A stretch of 57,169 nt of DNA from contig CAJJCQ010000032.1 in the NCBI GenBank assembly GCA_905182725.1, positions 1-57,169 of the forward strand, in the 5' to 3' direction. The notes under the pieces were generated by a model. It had not been told where the DNA came from. It was given only the letters and a program-made list of their open reading frames with translations, and searched no databases. This document shows positions 55,801 to 57,169 of the stretch, piece after piece; the stretch's first letter is position 1, and each line of letters opens with the position of its first letter. The stretch comes from an uncultured Candidatus Poseidoniales archaeon (GTDB taxonomy: Archaea > Thermoplasmatota > Poseidoniia > Poseidoniales > Poseidoniaceae). Made by a program: the position numbers and the translations under genes.

Positions 55801-57169
55801 CTCTCTTTCCTCATTTTGCTTGTTCTTGGATTTGAATCTGGCGTAGCCTATTTCTTATGGATGGTTTCAGGTGTTTGTTTCATCATCACTCTTGTTCCGT
55901 TCTTTACTTGGGAGTTGCCGGTTTTCTTGCGAACGAAGAATGATTTCTGGCAACGCCTTTGGAGGAATACGAGCCGCAATACTTTGGCCATGATTGGAAC
56001 AATGTTGTTAATTTGGACCGTCGGCCTTTCTTCACTTGACCCGATTCGAAAAGGAATGGAGCCGGATGAGCTTTCATTCATCGTCCTCGGCTTAGTTGAA
56101 GTATTTGCAGGCGTTCTTTTGTTAACCAGTGCTGCACCACTTCTGGTGAAGCGATTAGGCAAATCGAAAATATTGACTCGACGTTGGGGGCCAGTGTTAC
56201 CCGTATCTCTTGCCTATCCTCTCGCTACGCCTGTTCGTACTGCTGTGGTGATGGGTATGTTTTCAATCACCGTATTTTCTGTGATTGTGTTGGGTGGTTA
56301 TGCTGAACAATTTGATAATTATACCAGTTCCTTTGTCGAGGATGCCGAGGGTGATTATGAATTATTATTGACGGGTTCCCGCTCAAGCCCAATCGAGTTG
56401 TCTGAAAACATATCCGAATGGAATCTCTCTTCAAGCCTTGAATACCAAATTGATTCCGTTGCACGTGTACATCGTGGCGAAGTATTCCTTGAGGATGCCG
56501 ATGGTGAACGAATGCCCTATGTGGTCCGAGGTTTCGATGATGCTTTTGCCCAACACGGCGGTTTACCTCTTTACACCTGGGATTCTTCTCTAGGTGCTGA
56601 TGAATTTGAAGTATGGAATGTCGTATCATCACGTGATGATTTGGTACTTCTTGATGCCTCATTTGGTCTCGAGTCAATTACCGATGGCAGCGGTATTTCA
56701 ACCTTAAGTTTTTCAATTGGAGAATCAATTTCGCTAATTGATATCTCCAACCCGGGAAATACTCGTTCTGTGAAGGTTGCAGGCTTTCTCGAACAATCTT
56801 CATATCTGTTTTCAGCAGGAGTTTGGATGAGTGATGATCTTGTCATCGAACAGTTTGATGGTCGCCTCACTCGCATGTACGTGAGCGTCTCTGACGATGC
56901 CCAACCGTCTGCCTCATACCAGGACAATACTGTAAGTGACTTTTCTCCGACTGGTAAGAGCAAGGATGTCCGAATGGCTGCCGCAGAATTAGAATCAGAA
57001 CTCTCACCACTACTCAACGGCAAAGGTGTTCAAGTCTCTGTTATTTCAGACGAGGTCATGCTGCTTCAATCATTAGTACTTGCATTGCTCGGTATTTTCG
57101 AAGGATATCTTGCGTTAGGACTCATCGTGGGTATCGCAGGGATTGGGGTGGTCACCGTACGTTCAGTAT
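52867..57169 (+). CDS. very large double FtsX-domain (MacB-type) ABC permease, 3' end outside the window; not present in the supplied ORF track
   Basis: I read frame 1 codon by codon from GTG 52867 (GTGA overlap with the ATPase stop) to nt 57169 and found no stop. The module start is RLAKQNILRRQRQAALLMVGLIIASAIITSSMVVGDSLD. The first FtsX domain is LAAMFLVFGTFTIAAGILLVLTIVMMLAEARRSELGTMRALGV. The second module start is LATPVRTAVVMGMFSITVFSVIVLGG. The second FtsX helix begins at LLQSLVLALLGIFEGYLALGLIVGIAGIG. An alternative ATG lies at 53083. Confidence 0.8.
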   Translation, partial: MKLLIPLATLSFVVALLSAASTRGIGRWKQLGIGKISLLIVGPVLDAVLGYLLLDWLSVSGLTLWAGAFALGMTSHVLMQPFLVPQRLVVWRLAKQNILRRQRQAALLMVGLIIASAIITSSMVVGDSLDATVRHEVEGAWGETDITISGFDLSIGERVTLSESVANNMWDGIQKDSSLNNAIKGQQQGLVASTSVASGEASLTGVTWMAMNSTIDNQQIWPKIGSQSQGIRYANLYEANLFSSQKYVAVNQVLADELGVSVGDELEIGWYVTQEGKRIRVESNLKILSIVTNEGQGASAGTQAPAFFTDLTTAQSLQRLNGSINSLYYAVDDARDDAGHIEPILEDVEQLLDRLIRATDVGIDIDLDENTNSITLTSSQGLGRLSGDLVRGLRGNLSQISPGSSMMEILQVPMIELEENNQQILTLADSDISELHAGERGLWHFSPSGVGFQIDGAGDAWVWRVAEGGIAHDFTLDSSGEYGLIATDEGLIIGYEGDVDSDEWASFESEGEMLSVTSDSQQWWALEETSSSFKLHSFSLDLQQHSVTNLTLDMPSTVLSTQLHFDQYLYLEIESLLSSSLYQSSISNISFTVLENTSEWPLIPTLSANIPLHSSCDGRASVTESQNGHHWCTVPNGLIRWDSVDGPIETLRIPIVSTAGGLGVLPQLFLAFGGEQSPLVVEEGEVLFSQRLNELDLTEQESEVWVKGLIPYAFGDNTAYRLNFSGTYGDLEGMESLSELDAVILGLVALSDGEQLASAGEDERSMVVLSVPGQWNDSVATPLISWFDLESNASDANLNVRAVKVEAAAIAEESSGILAAMFLVFGTFTIAAGILLVLTIVMMLAEARRSELGTMRALGVTQSDARALAVQEGILLSAFASLLGAIAGLVLAWFISIGFDNMFSSVGSNQFTFAWEWTSLFSGAVWGFLLAVFTLWGSAFWTSKLNIIHALKGGRIARSEGVPWPLLLLQILALGGGLLSFLILLVLGFESGVAYFLWMVSGVCFIITLVPFFTWELPVFLRTKNDFWQRLWRNTSRNTLAMIGTMLLIWTVGLSSLDPIRKGMEPDELSFIVLGLVEVFAGVLLLTSAAPLLVKRLGKSKILTRRWGPVLPVSLAYPLATPVRTAVVMGMFSITVFSVIVLGGYAEQFDNYTSSFVEDAEGDYELLLTGSRSSPIELSENISEWNLSSSLEYQIDSVARVHRGEVFLEDADGERMPYVVRGFDDAFAQHGGLPLYTWDSSLGADEFEVWNVVSSRDDLVLLDASFGLESITDGSGISTLSFSIGESISLIDISNPGNTRSVKVAGFLEQSSYLFSAGVWMSDDLVIEQFDGRLTRMYVSVSDDAQPSASYQDNTVSDFSPTGKSKDVRMAAAELESELSPLLNGKGVQVSVISDEVMLLQSLVLALLGIFEGYLALGLIVGIAGIGVVTVRSV

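Noticed and set aside
54999-57023. Minus-strand ORFs 54999-55448, 55848-56162, 56267-56677 and 56571-57023, and the short plus ORFs at 53031-54673.
   Set aside because: All lie inside or antisense to the 4.3-kb stop-free frame that carries clear FtsX motifs. Their translations have no recognisable features.

Overview
This is a densely packed archaeal chromosomal window. About 45 protein genes and one tRNA are supported, and I saw no CRISPR array, rRNA or mobile element. The archaeal call rests on a complete archaellum operon (arlB1-arlB2-orf-arlF-G-H-I-J, 21.2-28.7 kb). That operon, several very large acidic or glycosylation-rich surface proteins, and frequent 4-17 nt gene overlaps suggest a marine planktonic Thermoplasmatota (Marine Group II / Poseidoniales-like) genome. 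This taxonomic placement is inference only.

Housekeeping genes recognised from motifs:
- Cofactor, redox and Fe-S: glutamine-dependent NAD synthetase, a fused aconitase-X-type dehydratase, an SDR epimerase, Bcp peroxiredoxin, a hexapeptide acyltransferase, a flavin-reductase-like protein, Nfu, glutaredoxin, FMN reductase, pirin.
- RNA and DNA: TrhO-like rhodanese, endonuclease III, PolX-PHP polymerase, Nob1-like PIN nuclease, tRNA-Glu(UUC).
- Membrane and other: K+-dependent membrane pyrophosphatase, DedA, TatA, a MoaD/SAMP-like GG protein, and a MacB-type ABC ATPase.

Main points of interest:
1. A translationally coupled three-gene module of unknown function sits directly in front of the archaellum operon (14.6-21.2 kb). 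Its centre is a ~1,680 aa beta-sandwich-repeat surface protein with a 5-TM anchor.
2. The archaellum motor ATPase arlI is split by a 1-nt frameshift between Walker A and Walker B.
3. An orphan gene occupies the ArlCDE/ArlX slot.
4. A 9.95 kb gene encodes a 3,317 aa thrombospondin-type-3-like Asp-rich protein with nested, partly near-identical nucleotide repeats.
5. A >1,434 aa double-FtsX ABC permease frame is missing from the ORF track because it runs off the right edge.

All functional calls come from motif recognition by eye. No database search was run.
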